A stretch of DNA of 64,000 nucleotides. Origin: Ranitomeya imitator (Eukaryota). Positions 1-12,209 of this stretch are shown here, in pieces. Location of the stretch: the NCBI RefSeq assembly GCF_032444005.1, contig NC_091291.1, positions 106,578,001 through 106,642,000 on the forward strand, read 5' to 3'. Position 1 is the first letter of the stretch. The number at the start of each line of letters is the position of its first letter. Both the position numbers and the translations under genes were made by a program. Below the pieces are notes generated by a model. That model was not told the DNA's origin and did not search any database. It saw only the letters and a list, made by a program, of their open reading frames with translations.

Positions 1-298
1 TATCTCTAGGGGTGAGAGCAATGACAAAATGCAAAAGTGACCAAAACAACAGCCAAAATGGATGAGAACAGAGAAATGGCCTGTGGTCACCTCCTGCAGA
101 ACCACTTCTTTATAGGGGTTATTTTGCTAATTGCCTCTCATTTCCACCTGTTGTCTGTTCCATTTGCACAACAGGAGAAATGGATTCACAATCAGTGTTG
201 TTTCACAACTGACAGGTTGATTTCACAGCCATGTGATTGACTTGGAGTTACATTGTGTTGTTTAAGGGTTCCCTTTATTTTATTTTTTTTGAGCAGTG
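1..298. mobile_element. Right end (TIR) of a Tc1-like DNA transposon, cut by the window edge
   Basis: Ends ...TTTTTTTGAGCAGTG followed by TA (299-300), the reverse complement of a CACTGCTCAAAAAA-type Tc1 terminus. Confidence 0.6.
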
Positions 299-1029
299 TA
301 TAATATGAAATTACTATCAACATTTCAAATAAAATACATAGCCTAAAGAATGTACTACCAGAGCCCATCGCATAAAAAATGGATTTACAGAGTCCATCTC
401 CATCTTATACATATAACGTAAATAATGGACAATGTATTTCCAGAAGAGAATGAAAGGTTTCTTTTTTTTGGTCTTTATTTTTGAGAAATAAAAGGTACAC
501 ATGTTAGATTTGATGAAATGTGGAATTTCCAGTGAATGTTCTCTTTTCTTTGGTCAGAGATTAAAAGAAGCACTTTATAAAGAACATGTATTTATTTTAT
601 TCTGAGGCCTTTTAAACTTAGGAAATAATAGTTTTATATTGTAACTATTACTTTTATATCTTTATATTAAAAAAAAAAAGTAAAACAAATTGCTTTTCAT
701 TCTATTTTTGCTTTTTTTATTACTAAATAAAATAATACAAATAAATAATATTATAAAAATAAAAGCTATACAGTGCATGCAGTGGACCTTAAAGGGAACA
801 TGGTCTGGTCATGGTGTGGTATTATAGGTCATTTAAAAAATTGTATATGACACATTCCCTTAAAGAAAAACAAGAAAATAATTGCCTCCTCCCAGGTAGT
901 GCAGCCGGCAGGTGTGGCTGGCCCGATTTTCAAACTGTTTTTGCTCTTTTTTTTTTTAGGAATTTATGGATAACATGAAAGAAAAGTATTACATACGCAT
1001 TATACATGAGATCATGCATGCATGCATAC

Positions 1030-1074
1030 CTGGACCCGTTGAAGCGCAGTCCGCGCGAAACGGCCGTCGTCCGG
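1030..1074 (+). ncRNA. Minimal hammerhead-ribozyme-like motif, non-canonical core
   Basis: CTGGAC-CCGTTGA-A-GCGC(agtcc)GCGC-GAAA-CGGCCGT-C-GTCCGG. Stem I has 6 bp, stem II has 4 bp, stem III is palindromic (ACGGCCGT), and the cleavage triplet is GUC. An AATAAA...GTGAGT tail follows. Confidence 0.55.
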
Positions 1075-1496
1075 TTCCCTCCTTGCACCCTCTCGTTTGT
1101 ACTGCAGCCCTACAGGCATGTCCGCATCCCATTGTATGGATAAATAAAGGACTTTTCTACTTTCATCGCTGGGTGAGTGCCAACTTTTTTCTTTTTTCTC
1201 TCTGGACGCCAGTATTATTTTACCACCTAAGAAAACAGACATTTTTTAATCTCCTTTTATTAAGTCTACTAACATCATGAATTAAGCAGTAGCCCTCCTG
1301 TACGGTCCATTTACTGCGGGCAGCATGGTGGCTCATTGGTTAACACTGATGTGTCCCTAACTTTGGAGCTCTGGGTTCTAACCCAACTATGTGTTATTTA
1401 TCAATGATGGATTTTAGTTTTAGTTCTCCCTGGTATTGTGAGCTTTCACCAATATTTGTGATATCATTTCTCTTTCTCCCTCATCTTTGTTGCGGC

Positions 1497-1545
1497 ACTA
1501 GGCCTGAGGAGGTCACTGGTTCAGTGTCGAAACGTGTAGTCCTGT
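1497..1545 (+). ncRNA. Degenerate minimal hammerhead-like motif
   Basis: CTGAGGA (1504-1510), stem II CACTG-gtt-CAGTG, GAAA (1529-1532), then ACGTGTA, probably a CpG-decayed ACGCGT palindrome with a GUA triplet. Confidence 0.5.
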
Positions 1546-3136
1546 TTTTTTATGAATCTCAAGAAAAGTCTTTGTATGGATTCCCTGGATACTTTCGATT
1601 CTTCAGCAGCGCCGTGTTACCTGCACTCTTTTTTATTCCCTTGGGGTAAGAGAGATAATGATTCTGCCAATTTACCAGTGTGTTTTTTTGTAATGTTGGT
1701 TATGTTTATTTTTCCTAACAATTGGAAATGTGTGGGATCGGAAAAAAATTAGAGGGATTGTTCTTTTTATATATATATATATATATGGAGACGAGTAATG
1801 TAAATGACATGATAGTTGGGTTCTTTGTTAGATTGGCACCTAAGAGTTTACAGATATAATGGAATTTATTTCCCCCTTTTAGCTTCCAACAGAAATAAAA
1901 ATCGTGTGGAATAACAGGCTGACCAAAACATCTGCTCAGACCTCTAACTTTGTGGTTAATGACCAACGTATTTCCATGATAGAACTTTCCGTTAAAGTCT
2001 TGGATTCTGCCGGTAGGTTTGATATTACTACATCGCTTACAGCATCTTTATAAAATAACGTATGTACACGGTAAAAAGATGCTACTTGTGCTGTAATACA
2101 TATTTTATACTCATTGTACATTCATTCATGATTAGAAATGAGTACACCCTCTTTGAATTCTGTGTAAAATTCAAAATAAAAAATAATTGGGCATTAGAAT
2201 GTCTTAAAATTAGGTAAACACAACCTCAAAAAGAACTCATGATAAATAACACTGCGACATTATTTGTCAAAAAGTAGACCAACATGCAAATCCTGTATGT
2301 GAAATATTAAGAACACTTTTGCTGCTTTAATAGGAATTAATAGGGGAATTAAAAGACATGTTCTGCCTATGATATAGATTTTAAGGGGACCTATCAGGGT
2401 TGATAGTTGTATTAGCCTCATGATTTAGGGTCAATATGTAGGCTAATAACATTATGAATCTATCCGGCCTCTTTACTGAAAGTGCGGCACCTAGGAGAAA
2501 ATGAATTTGACTTTACCCGGGAGCCACCGGCTTTCAGTGATGCAATTACAGTCACCACTCACAGTACTGAGAGCAGCAATGGTAACCATATCCCACCAGT
2601 GACTGACAGCCAGCTCTGCAGTACACATTTCAGTGTGGCTGTCAGTCGGTGCTGCAGGGTTTTCACAGCCACTGCTCCCAGGGCTCTAAGTGGTATCTGT
2701 AATTGCTCTGGACTTGCCTGCATGGCTGAAAGCTGGCAGCTCCTACTTCTTTTGCAAAATATTGATTTTAATGTTATACTTAACTTTTCACACAGTTTTT
2801 GATAAATAAATAATTATACGGATTTGCTTATCTGAGGTCGTATTTCCCTGCCTTGGAGATCTTCTAAGGGACATATTTGTTGTATTATGTCCTGATATGT
2901 AAAAGCAAAGAAATCAAACAGGGTGCACTTAGTTTTTCTCATGTCTGTATAAACACTTATTTTTTCAGAACGATTAAGATCAACACTTGCACACGAAATG
3001 TGTCATGTTGCCTGTTGGTTGGCTGATTGATGGTGAACAGGGTGACAACCATGGTCCGTTATGGCAGTCGTATGCAAAACGAGTTAGTTATATCCACCCT
3101 GAGCTGCCACAGGTGAAGATATATCACAACTACACC

Positions 3137-3890
3137 TGTTATGTAGGCAATCCAGTGACACAGTGTGCCAGCAATCAGAGCACATACAGTGATCTGACAA
3201 TAACCCAAAAACAATAGAACGAGCTCTGAGACGTGGAATCTCTGTAGACCGCAATACCTGAACCTAACCTAAACACAACTAAAGGCAGCTGTGGATTGCG
3301 CCTGACACTACCTATGCAACTCGGCACAGCCTGAGGAGCTGACTAGCCTGAAGATAGAAAAACAAGCCTGACTTGCCTCAGAGAAATACCCCAAAGGAAA
3401 AGTCAGCCCCCCACATATAATAACTGTTAGCAAGATGAAAAGACAAACGTAGGGATGAAATAGATTCAGCAAAGTGAGGCCCGATATTCTAGATAGAGCG
3501 AGGATAGCAAAGAGAACTTTGCAGTCTACAAAAAACCCTAAAGCAAAAAACCACGCAAAGGGGGCAAAAAGACCCACCGTGCCGAACTAACGGCACGGCG
3601 GTACACCCTTTGCGTCTCAGAGCTTCCAGTAAAACGAAATGACAAGCTGGACAGAAAAAGTAGCAACAAAAGCAAAAAGCACTTATCTAAGCAGAGCAGC
3701 AGGCCACAGGAAAGCTCCAGAAGCTCAGATCCAACACTGGAACATTGACAAGGAGCAAGGAAGACAGAATCAGGTGGAGTTAAATAAAAAAGCAGCCAAC
3801 GAGCTCACCAGAACACCTGAGAGAGGAAGCTCAGAAGCTACAGTACCACTTGTGACCACAGGAGTGAATTCAGCCACAGAATTCACAACA
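3137..3890 (-). repeat. 3' LTR
   Basis: Direct repeat of 8085-8838; plus-strand termini TGTTATG...CACAACA. Confidence 0.97.
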
Positions 3891-6800
3891 GTACCCCCCC
3901 CTTGAGGAGGGGTCACCGAACCCTCACCAGAGCCCCCAGGCCGACCAGGATGAGCCACATGAAAGGCACGAACAAGATCTGGAGCATGGACATCAGAGGC
4001 AAAAACCCAGGAATTATCTTCCTGAGCATAACCCTTCCATTTAACCAGATACTGGAGTTTCCGTCTAGAAACACAAGAATCCAAAATTTTCTCCACAATA
4101 TACTCCAATTCCCCCTCCACCAAAACCGGGGCAGGAGGCTCAACAGATGAAACCATAGGTGCCACGTATCTCCGCAACAATGACCTATGGAATACATTAT
4201 GTATGGAAAAGGAGTCAGGGAGGGTCAGACGAAAAGACACAGGATTGAGAATCTCAGAAATCCTATACGGACCAATAAAACGAGGTTTAAATTTAGGAGA
4301 GGAAACCTTCATAGGAATATGACGAGAAGACAACTAAACCAGATCCCCAACACGAAGTCGGGGACCCACACGGCGTCTGCGATTAGCGAAAAGTTGAGCC
4401 TTCTCCTGGGACAAGGTCAAATTGTCCACTACCTGAGTCCAGATCTGCTGCAACCTGTCCACCACAGAATCCACACCAGGACAGTCCGAAGACTCAACCT
4501 GTCCTGAAGAGAAACGAGGATGGAACCCAGAATTGCAGAAAAATGGAGAGACCAAGGTAGCCGAGCTGGCCCGATTATTAACGGGCGAACTCAGCCAACG
4601 GCAAAAAGGACACCCAATCATCCTGGTCTGCAGAAACAAAACATCTCAGATATGTTTCCAAGGTCTGATTGGTTCGTTCGGTCTGGCCATTAGTCTGAGG
4701 ATGGAAAGCCGAGGAAAAAGATAGGTCAATGCCTATCCTACCACAAAAGGCTCGCCAAAACCTTGAAACAAACTGGGAACCTCTGTCAGAAACAATATTC
4801 TCAGGAATGCCATGCAAACGAACCACATGCTGGAAGAACAGAGGCACCAAATCAGAGGAGGAAGGCAATTTAACCAAGGGCACCAGATGGACCATTTTAG
4901 AAAAGCGATCACAGACCACCCAAATGACTGACATCTTTTGAGAAACGGGAAGGTCAGAAATGAAATCCATCGAAATATGTGTCCAAGGCCTCTTTGGGAC
5001 CGGCAAGGGCAAAAGCAACCCACTGGCACGTGAACAGCAGGGCTTAGCCCTAGCACAAATCCCACAGGACTGCACAAAAGTACGTACATCCCGTGACAGA
5101 GATGGCCACCAGAAGGATCTAGCCACTAACTCTCTGGTACCAAAGATTCCAGGATGACCAGCCAACACCGAACAATGAAGTTCAGAGATAACTTTACTAG
5201 TCCACCTATCAGGGACGAACAGTTTCTCCGCCGGACAACGATCAGGTTTATTCGCCTGAAATTTTTGCAACACTCGCCGCAAATCAGGGGAGATGGCAGA
5301 CACAATGACTCCTTCCTTGAGGATACTCGCCGGCTCAGATGAACCCGGAGAGTCGGGCACAAAACTCCTAGACAGAGCATCCGCCTTCACATTTTTAGAG
5401 CCCGGAAGGTACGAAATCACAAAATCGAAGCGGGCAAAAAATAACGACCAACGGGCCTGTCTAGGATTCAAGCGCTTGGCAGACTCGAGATAAGTAAGGT
5501 TCTTATGATCAGTCAATACCACCACGCGATGCTTAGCTCCTTCAAGCCAATGACGCCATTCCTCGAATGCCCACTTCATGGCCAGCAACTCTCGGTTGCC
5601 CACATCATAATTACGCTCAGCAGCCGAAAACTTCCTGGAAAAGAAAGCACATGGTTTCAGCACTGAGCAACCAGAACCTCTCTGTGACAAAACCGCCCCT
5701 GCTCCAATCTCAGAAGCATCAACCTCGACCTGGAACGGAAGAGAAACATCTGGTTGACACAACACAGGGGCAGAACAAAAACGATGCTTCAACTCCTGAA
5801 AAGCTTCCACAGCAGCAGAAGACCAATTAACCAAATCAGCACCCTTCTTGGTCAAATCGGTCTATGGTTTGGCAATGCTAGAAAAATTACAGATGAAGCG
5901 ACGATAAAAATTAGCAAAGCCCAGGAATTTTTGCAGACTTTTCAGAGATGTCGGCTGAGTCCAATCCTGGATGGCTTGGACCTTAACCGGATCCATCTCG
6001 ATAGTAGAAAGGGAAAAGATGAACCCCAAAAATGAAACTTTCTGCACACCGAAGAGACACTTTGATCCCTTCACAAACAAAGAATTAGCACCCAGGACCT
6101 GGAAAACCATTCTGACCTGCTTCACATGAGAGTCCCAATCATTTGAGAAGATCAAAATGTCATCCAAGTAAACAATCAGGAATTTATCCAGATACTCACG
6201 GAAGATGTAATGCATAAAAGACTGAAACACAGATGGAGCATTGGCAAGTCCGAACGGCATCACTAGATACTCAAAATGACCCTCGGGCGTATTAAATGCA
6301 GTTTTCCATTCATCTCCTTGCCTGATTCTCACCAGATTATACGCACCACGAAGATCTATCTTAGTGAACCAACTAGCCCCCTTAATCCGAGCAAACAAGT
6401 CAAATAACAATGGCAAGGGATACTGAAATTTCACAGTGATCTTATTAAGAAGGCGGTAATCAATACACGGTCTCAGCGAACCATCCTTCTTGGCTACAAA
6501 AAAGAACCCTGCTCCCAGTGGTGATGACGATGGGCGAATATGTCCCTTCTCCAGGGATTCCTTCACATAACTGCGCATAGCGGCGTGTTCAGGCACGGAT
6601 AAATTAAATAATCGACCTTTAGGGAATTTACTACCAGGAATCAAATTGATAGCACAATCACAATCCCTATGCGGAGGTAGGGCATCGGACTTGGGCTTTT
6701 CAAATACATCCTGATAATCAGACAAGAACTCTGGAACCTCAGAAGGAGTGGATGACGAAATAGACAAAAATGGAACATCACCATGTACCCCCTGACAACC

Positions 6801-7952
6801 CCAGCTGGATACCGACATAGAGTTCCAATCCAATACTGGATTATGGGTTTGCAGCCATGGCAACCCCAACACGACCACATCATGCAGATTATGTAGCACC
6901 AGAAAGCGAATAACTTCCTGATGTGCAGGAGCCATGCACATGGTCAGCTGGGTCCAGTACTGAGGTTTATTCTTGGCCAAAGGTGTAGCATCAATTCCTC
7001 TCAATGGAATAGGACACCGCAAAGGCTCCAAGAAAAACCCACAACGTTTAGCATAATCCAAATCCATCAGATTCAGGGCAGCGCCTGAATCCACAAACGC
7101 CATGACAGAATACGATGACAAAGAGCATATCAAGGTAATGGACAGAAGGATTTTGGATTGTACAGTACCAATGACGGCAGACCTATCGAACCGCTTAGTG
7201 CGCTTAGGACAATCAGAAATAGCATGAGTGGAATCACCACAGTAGAAACACAGACCATTCAGACGTCTGTGTTCTTGCCGTTCAACTCTGGTCATAGTCC
7301 TATCGCACTGCATAGGCTCAGGTTTAATCTTAGACAATACCGCCAAATGGTGCACAGATTTACGCTTGCGCAAGCGTCGACCGATCTGAATGGCCAAAGA
7401 CATAGACTCATTCAAACCAGCAGGCATAGGAAAACCCACCATGACATCCTTAAGAGCCTCAGAGAGACCCTTTCTGAACAAAGCTGCCAGCGCAGATTCA
7501 TTCCACAGAGTGAGTACTGACCACTTCCTAAATTTCTGACAATATACTTCTATATCATCCTGACCCTGGCACAAAGCCAGCAAATTTTTCTCAGCCTGAT
7601 CCACTGAATTAGGCTCATCGTAAAGTAATCCGAGCGCCAGGAAAAACGCATTGACATTACTCAACGCAGGGTCTCCTGGCGCAAGAGAAAATGCCCAGTC
7701 CTGAGGGTCGCCGCGCAAAAAAGAAATAATAATCAAAACCTGTTGAATAGGATTACCAGAAGAATGAGGTTTCAAGGCCAGAAATAGCTTACAATTATTT
7801 TTGAAATTAAGAAACTTAGTTCTATCACCAAAAAACAAATCAGGAATAGGAATTCTTGGTTCTAACATAGATTTCTGATCAATAGTATCTTGAATCCTTT
7901 GTACATGTGTAACGAGATTATCCATTGAAGAGCACAGACCCTGAATATCCAT
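3770..7952 (-). pseudogene. Gag-Pol polyprotein in a single frame, disrupted by two nonsense codons and one frameshift
   Basis: Zinc knuckle CFYCGDSTHAISDC; protease FVDSGA; RT YLDD; RNase H VDASEIGAG; integrase H-H-C-C zinc motif, ISMDFI and SDRGSQF; chromodomain YIVEKILD...YLVKWKGY...NSW. In-frame TAG at 5862-5864, +1 frameshift near 4583, TAG in place of Trp at 4334-4336. Confidence 0.95.
3894..3903 (-). other. Polypurine tract
   Basis: AAGGGGGGGG on the minus strand, 3 nt before the 3' LTR. Confidence 0.85.
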
Positions 7953-8073
7953 GTCCACACCTGTGTCCTGAAACACCCAAATGTCTAGGGGAAAAAAAAG
8001 ACTGAACACAGAGCTGAGAAAAAAAAATGATGTCAGAACTTCTTTTTTCCCTCTATTGAGAATCATTAGGTTG

Positions 8074-8082
8074 GCTCCTTGT
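8074..8082 (-). promoter_or_regulatory. Putative self-priming primer-binding site
   Basis: ACAAGGAGC 2 nt after the 5' LTR, with no TGG tRNA-type PBS. It is exactly complementary to GCTCCTTGT inside the LTR (8704-8696). Confidence 0.65.
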
Positions 8083-8084
8083 AC

Positions 8085-8838
8085 TGTTATGTAGGCAATC
8101 CAGTGACACAGTGTGCCAGCAATCAGAGCACATACAGTGATCTGACAATAACCCAAAAACAATAGAACGAGCTCTGAGACGTGGAATCTCTGTAGACCGC
8201 AATACCTGAACCTAACCTAAACACAACTAAAGGCAGCTGTGGATTGCGCCTGACACTACCTATGCAACTCGGCACAGCCTGAGGAGCTGACTAGCCTGAA
8301 GATAGAAAAACAAGCCTGACTTGCCTCAGAGAAATACCCCAAAGGAAAAGTCAGCCCCCCACATATAATGACTGTTAGCAAGATGAAAAGACAAACGTAG
8401 GGATGAAATAGATTCAGCAAAGTGAGGCCCGATATTCTAGATAGAGCGAGGATAGCAAAGAGAACTTTGCAGTCTACAAAAAACCCTAAAGCAAAAAACC
8501 ACGCAAAGGGGGCAAAAAGACCCACCGTGCCGAACTAACGGCACGGCGGTACACCCTTTGCGTCTCAGAGCTTCCAGCAAAACGAAATGACAAGCTGGAC
8601 AGAAAAAGTAGCAACAAAAGCAAAAAGCACTTATCTAAGCAGAGCAGCAGGCCACAGGAAAGCTCCAGAAGCTCAGATCCAACACTGGAACATTGACAAG
8701 GAGCAAGGAAGACAGAATCAGGTGGAGTTAAATAACAAAGCAGCCAACGAGCTCACCAGAACATCTGAGAGAGGAAGCTCAGAAGCTGCAGTACCACTTG
8801 TGACCACAGGAGTGAATTCAGCCACAGAATTCACAACA
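8085..8838 (-). repeat. 5' LTR
   Basis: Direct repeat of 3137-3890. Confidence 0.97.
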
Positions 8839-8981
8839 TACACCATAAACTACAACTTCAACTATCACTGTACTTTATGTGATAACAGGTAAGTCAATCT
8901 GATCATTCAATTTCTCATGAAACACAGTTCTGTGCTGTGTTGTGTATAAATATGTGATTCTTCAGAATTTGCTTTAGTCTG

Positions 8982-9020
8982 TGCCTGATGAAGAGACCGG
9001 AGTAGTCTCGAAAGCTTGCA
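8982..9020 (+). ncRNA. Minimal hammerhead-like motif with canonical core
   Basis: TGC-CTGATGA-A-GAGAC(cggagta)GTCTC-GAAA-GCT-T-GCA. Perfect 5-bp stem II, AGCT palindrome as stem III, 3-bp stem I. Confidence 0.6.
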
Positions 9021-9198
9021 ATTTGTTACCATCTTTTCAGTTAGCCATTAAGAGGTATCAACCACTGAGGACTCAATTCTAAATATTTTTCATGAAACAC
9101 AATCACTGTGGAATGACACCGGTGTTATTCTGTTGGTATTATGCTTTTATATTTTACTATTATCTGTGTAGACTAATGTCTGGAAGCAGTAGGGTTAA

Positions 9199-9583
9199 GA
9201 AGTTGTCCACTACCTGGATAACTTCTCATACTCCTTTCTTGGCCCTGATAAAATAATAAAGCTCATACTCACCTCCTGTGCTTGCACAGTTCCCATGGTG
9301 TTGGCACTCGCTCTCCCCGTGGACCTTGTGTGGTATTGTGACACGTAACACTGATGCCCAATCAGTGCTGGCGTCACTGTCCTCACCTCCAATGGAACTG
9401 AACAGGAAGAGGAAGTCCGAGATCAGCTGAAGCCCATCACAACACCGCATGAGAGCCCCGGGGAGAGTGAGTGCCGACACCGTGGGACCGGCGCCAGCAT
9501 GGGAGGTGAGTATAAGCTTTATTATTTTATGAGGGCCAAACATTTTGATCAAAAATGTTTTATCCTAGGAGTGGAGCACCCCT
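9199..9583. mobile_element. TTAA-flanked MITE (T2/Kolobok-like)
   Basis: TTAA at 9195-9198 and 9584-9587; degenerate TIR GTTGTCCACTAC / GAGTGGAGCACCCC; internal inverted arms CTCATACTCACCTCC / GGAGGTGAGTATAAG. Confidence 0.55.
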
Positions 9584-10500
9584 TTAAGGATTCTACATTT
9601 TATATTTTGTATCCTAGGGCCTATTATTAATGCATTGCTACAATTTGTTCTTTTTGATACAATCCATGTTACCAACCAACATTCTTGCCAGTCTGTTAAC
9701 CAATATTATTTCAATCTTCCTAGATTCGGGCGTTTTAGAAAAATACCTGATAACAAATCTTATTGCCTCCGCTGTGGTGGCCGATTACAACTGGCCACCA
9801 TGTAAGGACGTTACAGCAACAACAGTAACTCGGGGTGAAGAGACAAGGAAAAACGCTCACCTTACTCTACAGTACAAGACTGAACAAGTGACAAATTCAA
9901 GTTCGGGGCAGCACGGTGAACCTTGCAGCTATGTGGTCCTTGGTTCCAATCTCACCAAAAAACAACATCTGCAAGGAGTTTGGATGTTCTCCCCGTGTTT
10001 GCGTGGGCTTCCTCCGGGTTCTCCGGTTTCCTCCCACACTTCAAAAACATACTGATAGGGAACCAGATTGTGAGCAACAATGTGAAACATGATGGCCCTA
10101 TATTCGCAAATCATAAAAAAATTAAATTACGTTTTACATCTGAGCTGAATGAAGTATTAAACGACCTGATTCATTGCTTTCTCACCAATCTCATGATGAC
10201 TAGAGCTGACCAGTTCCAGAAGACAAGCAGAAAACTTATCATTTATTAGAGTAACTCCTCAGTTTCTGAACCTGGTGCTCTACAATTTTACCATTCTCCC
10301 CCCAACTGCAGAAAATATTCACATAGCTGGATAACTACATCAGGGTGGCACAGATCATAGATTCCTGCTAGCAGGTGGACACCAAGCTTTTAAAAAGCTT
10401 CCCAGCATTGAGTAACTCAGCATCAGACATCATCCAGCAAGGTTTGATACTGACATGAAAAATAATTCTCTGCAACAAAGTTCCCACAGTTGGTGGAGCC

Positions 10501-11230
10501 TGTTAAGATCCGGTGACCTAGGAGCTGCATGAGAACTTTCACTGGAGAAGGTGTCCACTATACTGACCGCAATCCTGAACTTAACACCGCAACTAGAAGT
10601 AGCCGTGGAGTGTACCTAACACACCTAGACACCTCGTCACAGCCGGAGGGCTAAATACCCCTAAAGATGGAAATAGGAATACTATCTTGCCTCAGAGAAA
10701 ATCCCCAAAGGATAGACAGCCCCCCACAAATATTGGCGGTGAGTCGGAGAGGAAAAAACATACACAGGCAGAAAAACAGGATTTAGCACAGGAGGCCACT
10801 CTAGCTAGATAGGAACGGATAGGACAGAGTTCTGTGCGGTCACTATTAAAACCCTTCAAAACATACACAGCAGAATATACAAAAAAACTTCCTACATCTA
10901 CTAAAAGATGTAGGAGCGTAAATCTGCAACTCCAGTGAATCCTACAATCAGAGCAGGAATAAAACTGAAACAAGCACACAGCAGTGTGCCACAGATACAA
11001 AAACCAAACAATTATCTTTGCTGAATTTGGCAGCAACAGGAGAAGCCAGAAAGTGAACCAACACTTCACAAGTAACATTGACAACTGGCAAGGGCTAAAG
11101 GATCCTGCACACCTAAATATCCCAGTCAGAATTGTAATCATCCGATACACCTGGCCAGGACTGCGAGTCAGAGACAACTGCATTCCCACCATCAACCACT
11201 GGAGGGAACCCAAGAGCAGAATTCACAACA
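10501..11230. mobile_element. Solo LTR related to the Gypsy element at 3137-8838
   Basis: TGTT...CAGAATTCACAACA termini; shares internal motifs such as TTGCCTCAGAGAAA..CCCCAAAGGA..CAGCCCCCCACA; GGAGCC on both flanks. Confidence 0.85.
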
Positions 11231-12209
11231 GGAGCCCATCCAAACTCTGGTCTGGGAACACGAAAGTCTTATTCAACATGTTGGAAATAAAATTGGAGAC
11301 TTGCTTCCATGCTTGCTCAGCAAGCTGATCACAACTGCTGAGTAGGGATGAGCGAACCCCAACAGTAAAGTTTGGTGTTGCATGCCACAATATAATAATC
11401 CATGAAGAAGTATTGGGCAAGATATTCATCATGGTATTTATCATGGTTGTGGAACAAAACAAAATCTAAACACCCTTTAGGAAATTTCATTGGTGTAGCC
11501 TGGAATCTAACAAGATTGTTCAATTCACTTCGTGTTAGGCCTCCTTCACAGGTCAGTGTCCTCGGTATGTGTGGCGATAGTTTTCACAAGTAACGGAGGC
11601 ACTTATACAGATAGACTCATTCAAGAGAATGGGTCTGCGCACGTGCCAGTGTGTTTACATGGACTGTGTGTCTGCGGGCAAAATAAACTGACATATCCAT
11701 TTTTTATCAGCGGCATGGGTCGTAAAACATCATGCACACGTGATTACCCACAGATGACAAACTTGTGTTATCAGTGTGACACATACCGGAGCCTTGGAAT
11801 TAGTAGTACTATTCGCGCTGATCCCTGTTTCCGGCTGCTGGAATCAGTTCTCATAATTGTCCAATGTTCTCCCTGAGATCAGGAGGGCACAATGTCAGCC
11901 CCTGCTGTCTACTTCCAGAGTACAATTAAGAAAAAAAAATAAAAAAACACATTATACTCAGCTTACACCTAATACCCTGAAACCGGAGTCCCCTGTAAAT
12001 AAAGAGAAATAAAAAACAACAATCACCCCAACCTGTCTAGAGTTGAAAGAATACAGAGTGTTCCTTGCCGTAGTTCATCTGTGTGTGACATTTGCTTATC
12101 AGTGTGAGCGGTAGCCTGAGGCGACCACTCATGTTAACGGGACAGAGACTCTCTGCAGCGAGAGCAGGCCAATGAACTGCGCTGACCTCATTAAGTTGTG
12201 AACTGATCT

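Larger units (their letters stand above)
3137..8838 (-). mobile_element. Full-length Ty3/Gypsy LTR retrotransposon, chromovirus (Tf1/sushi-like)
   Basis: Two 754-bp LTRs with TG...CA ends, about 5 differences by eye, flanked by TACACC on both sides. Contains gag, PR, RT, RH, IN and a chromodomain, with a PPT next to the 3' LTR. Confidence 0.97.

Noticed and set aside
8256-8525. Hydrophobic 89-aa ORF identical in both LTRs (also 3308-3577) as an env-like or accessory gene
   Set aside because: It starts at GTG, lies within the LTR, and its hydrophobicity follows from the T-rich strand. Identity just reflects LTR identity.
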